Positions 62,461 to 64,000 of a stretch of DNA of 64,000 bases are shown here, one piece after another. This DNA is from Elusimicrobiota bacterium (GTDB taxonomy: Bacteria; Elusimicrobiota; Endomicrobiia; Endomicrobiales; JBDRNC01). The notes under the pieces were generated by a model, which worked only from the letters and a program-made list of their open reading frames with translations, was not told the DNA's origin and did no database searches. A program made the translations under genes and the position numbers. How positions within the stretch are numbered: position 1 is the stretch's first letter; each line of letters begins with the position of its first letter. The stretch spans positions 64,001 through 128,000 of the forward strand of contig JBDRNC010000028.1 in the NCBI GenBank assembly GCA_043811535.1, in the 5' to 3' direction.

Positions 62461-62478
62461 AACAGGCAAGAGGCGAAA

Positions 62479-63339
62479 ATGATATTAATCGACGGCAAGA
62501 AAATCGCGGCTGAACTGAAAGCCGAGTTGAAGGCAAAAACGGAAGCCCTAAAAATAAAGGGCATAGAGCCCGGGCTCGCGACGGTGCTTGTCGGAGAGGA
62601 TCCCGCAAGCATGGTGTATGTTTCAAACAAGATAAAGGCATGCCAGGAACTCGGCATACGCTCGTTCCACCACCCGATGCGCGCGGATTCAACCGAAGAC
62701 GAGATAACCGGATTGATTGAAAAGCTCAACAACGACACGAGAGTGCACGGCATACTTCTTCAGCTTCCCCTCCCCGCGAAACTGAGCCCGGAAAGATGCT
62801 TAGAGAAAATCTCTCCGTTAAAAGACGTGGACGCCCTGCACCCGTTCAACATAGGGAAACTCTGCGAAGCAAAAACGTGGAAAGAAATATTGGAAAAAAG
62901 GCTTTTCCTCCCCTGCACGCCGTACGGAATAATGATCCTGCTTGAGAAATACGGCATAGACGTATCAGGCAAGAAGGCCGTGGTCATAGGAAGGTCGAAT
63001 CTGGGCGGTAAGCCGGTCGCGACGCTGCTGCTTTCAAAGAACGCGACAGTCACGATAGCGCACTCAAAGACCGAAAATCTGCCGGAAACGTGCAGGCAGG
63101 CCGATATACTGGTCGCGGTGATAGGGAAGCCGAAATTCGTGACGAAAGATTTCGTCAAGCCCGGCGCGGCAGTGATAGATGTCGGAATAAACAGGACGGA
63201 CGACGGGCTTTGCGGGGACGTGGATTTTGACGCGGTGAAGGATGTTGCCGGTTGGATAACGCCGGTCCCGGGAGGCGTCGGCGCGACAACGATCACGATG
63301 CTTATGAACAATACGATATTAGCGGCAACTAAGTGGTAA
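62479..63339 (+). CDS. folD: Methylenetetrahydrofolate dehydrogenase/cyclohydrolase
   Basis: GILLQLPLP, KDVD, LPCTP, VIDVGINR, TPVPGGVG. Confidence 0.97.
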   Translation: MILIDGKKIAAELKAELKAKTEALKIKGIEPGLATVLVGEDPASMVYVSNKIKACQELGIRSFHHPMRADSTEDEITGLIEKLNNDTRVHGILLQLPLPAKLSPERCLEKISPLKDVDALHPFNIGKLCEAKTWKEILEKRLFLPCTPYGIMILLEKYGIDVSGKKAVVIGRSNLGGKPVATLLLSKNATVTIAHSKTENLPETCRQADILVAVIGKPKFVTKDFVKPGAAVIDVGINRTDDGLCGDVDFDAVKDVAGWITPVPGGVGATTITMLMNNTILAATKW

Positions 63340-63341
63340 TA

Positions 63342-63489
63342 AATGGTCAAATGGCTTAATTGCTAAATGGCTAATAAATTATAACACCATGGCCAAACTG
63401 CTGAATGGCTAAATGGTTAAAGTCTTTGACAATTTAGCAATTAAAGCATATAGTTAATTAACAATTTAACCATAGAGCCGTTTAACCAT
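63342..63489. repeat. Inverted octamer array (ATGGCTAA family)
   Basis: 63358-63444 is the reverse complement of 18805-18891 with 3 mismatches (manual alignment). Confidence 0.9.
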
Positions 63490-63496
63490 TCATTTT

Positions 63497-64000
63497 ATGA
63501 AAACATTAATACTTAAACCCGTCAAGATAACAAAGAAGCTGCTGGACAGGCTTGAGCGAAGAGGGCTCATCACTCAGCTCCGGTTCACAAAGAGAAGCAT
63601 AAAAACAAAAAATCCCAACGGGATAGTGGATCTTGTATATAAAACAGCGCCGGAATTCGGACCGCAGAAACTCATATGCGTGGCAAAAAAGCAGCTTCAC
63701 ATAGAAATGACTGCGCACGGCGACAGGGAAGAACTGCTCATACTCAACAGCACGGGCAGGAAATTAAAACCGCTTTACCTGATAATCGCCTTGGACAAAC
63801 GGGAAAGATTCAACAGGAAAGTCAGGCAACGCAGGCTTGGCGCCGGGGACGTCATGGCGATAGAACTGAAGTACAACGACCCGGTGACCAGCGTATTTGT
63901 GATGAACGGCAATGTCCCGCACTGCGAAGTTACGGCGCCGGGAAAGGGCCAGCACCCGCTGTTTTTCGTCACGGAGCCCGCTGACCTGAGTTTTTCGGCC
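63497..64000 (+). CDS. Hypothetical, possibly cupin-fold protein (runs off the window)
   Basis: My translation MKTLILKPVK...TAHGDREE...NVPHCE...FFVTEPADL is open to the window end. Confidence 0.65.
   Translation, partial: MKTLILKPVKITKKLLDRLERRGLITQLRFTKRSIKTKNPNGIVDLVYKTAPEFGPQKLICVAKKQLHIEMTAHGDREELLILNSTGRKLKPLYLIIALDKRERFNRKVRQRRLGAGDVMAIELKYNDPVTSVFVMNGNVPHCEVTAPGKGQHPLFFVTEPADLSFSA

Overview
Chromosomal window of a diderm (TolC/Omp85-encoding), probably anaerobic bacterium that spans the replication origin. Elusimicrobiota is an unverified guess for the lineage. Left to right: partial hppA; CheC-like and REC-PAS genes; a small basic tandem-repeat protein; kamA; an HTH protein; a DnaQ-WYL fusion; a TetR-led efflux island (3 TolC, 2 RND, MacAB, MFS); SGNH-TPR, Omp85-like and TrmH genes; an ArsR-led arsenic operon ending in the mercury-methylation genes hgcA-hgcB; an interrupted gatCAB; pcrA; an rpmH-rnpA-yidD-yidC-jag-mnmE-rsmA block that is co-oriented with dnaA instead of divergent; oriC; dnaN-dciA-gyrB-gyrA; archease; an ATP-grasp ligase; PHP, PilZ and folD genes. 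The most striking unexplained signal is non-coding. More than 20 intergenic gaps hold inverted arrays of degenerate 7-, 8- or 9-nt tandem repeats. The unit sequence differs between loci, but the architecture is shared, an AAAG(A/G/T)C or AAAAC motif often follows the first arm, and some copies are near-identical at dispersed sites. A second class of small GC-rich hairpins is also present. Both classes appear to have entered coding sequence in frame: double-hairpin inserts of about 34 aa in HgcB and about 20 aa in HgcA, and heptamers in RsmA. No tRNA, rRNA, CRISPR array or transposase was recognised. All calls come from reading motifs by eye; no database search was run.
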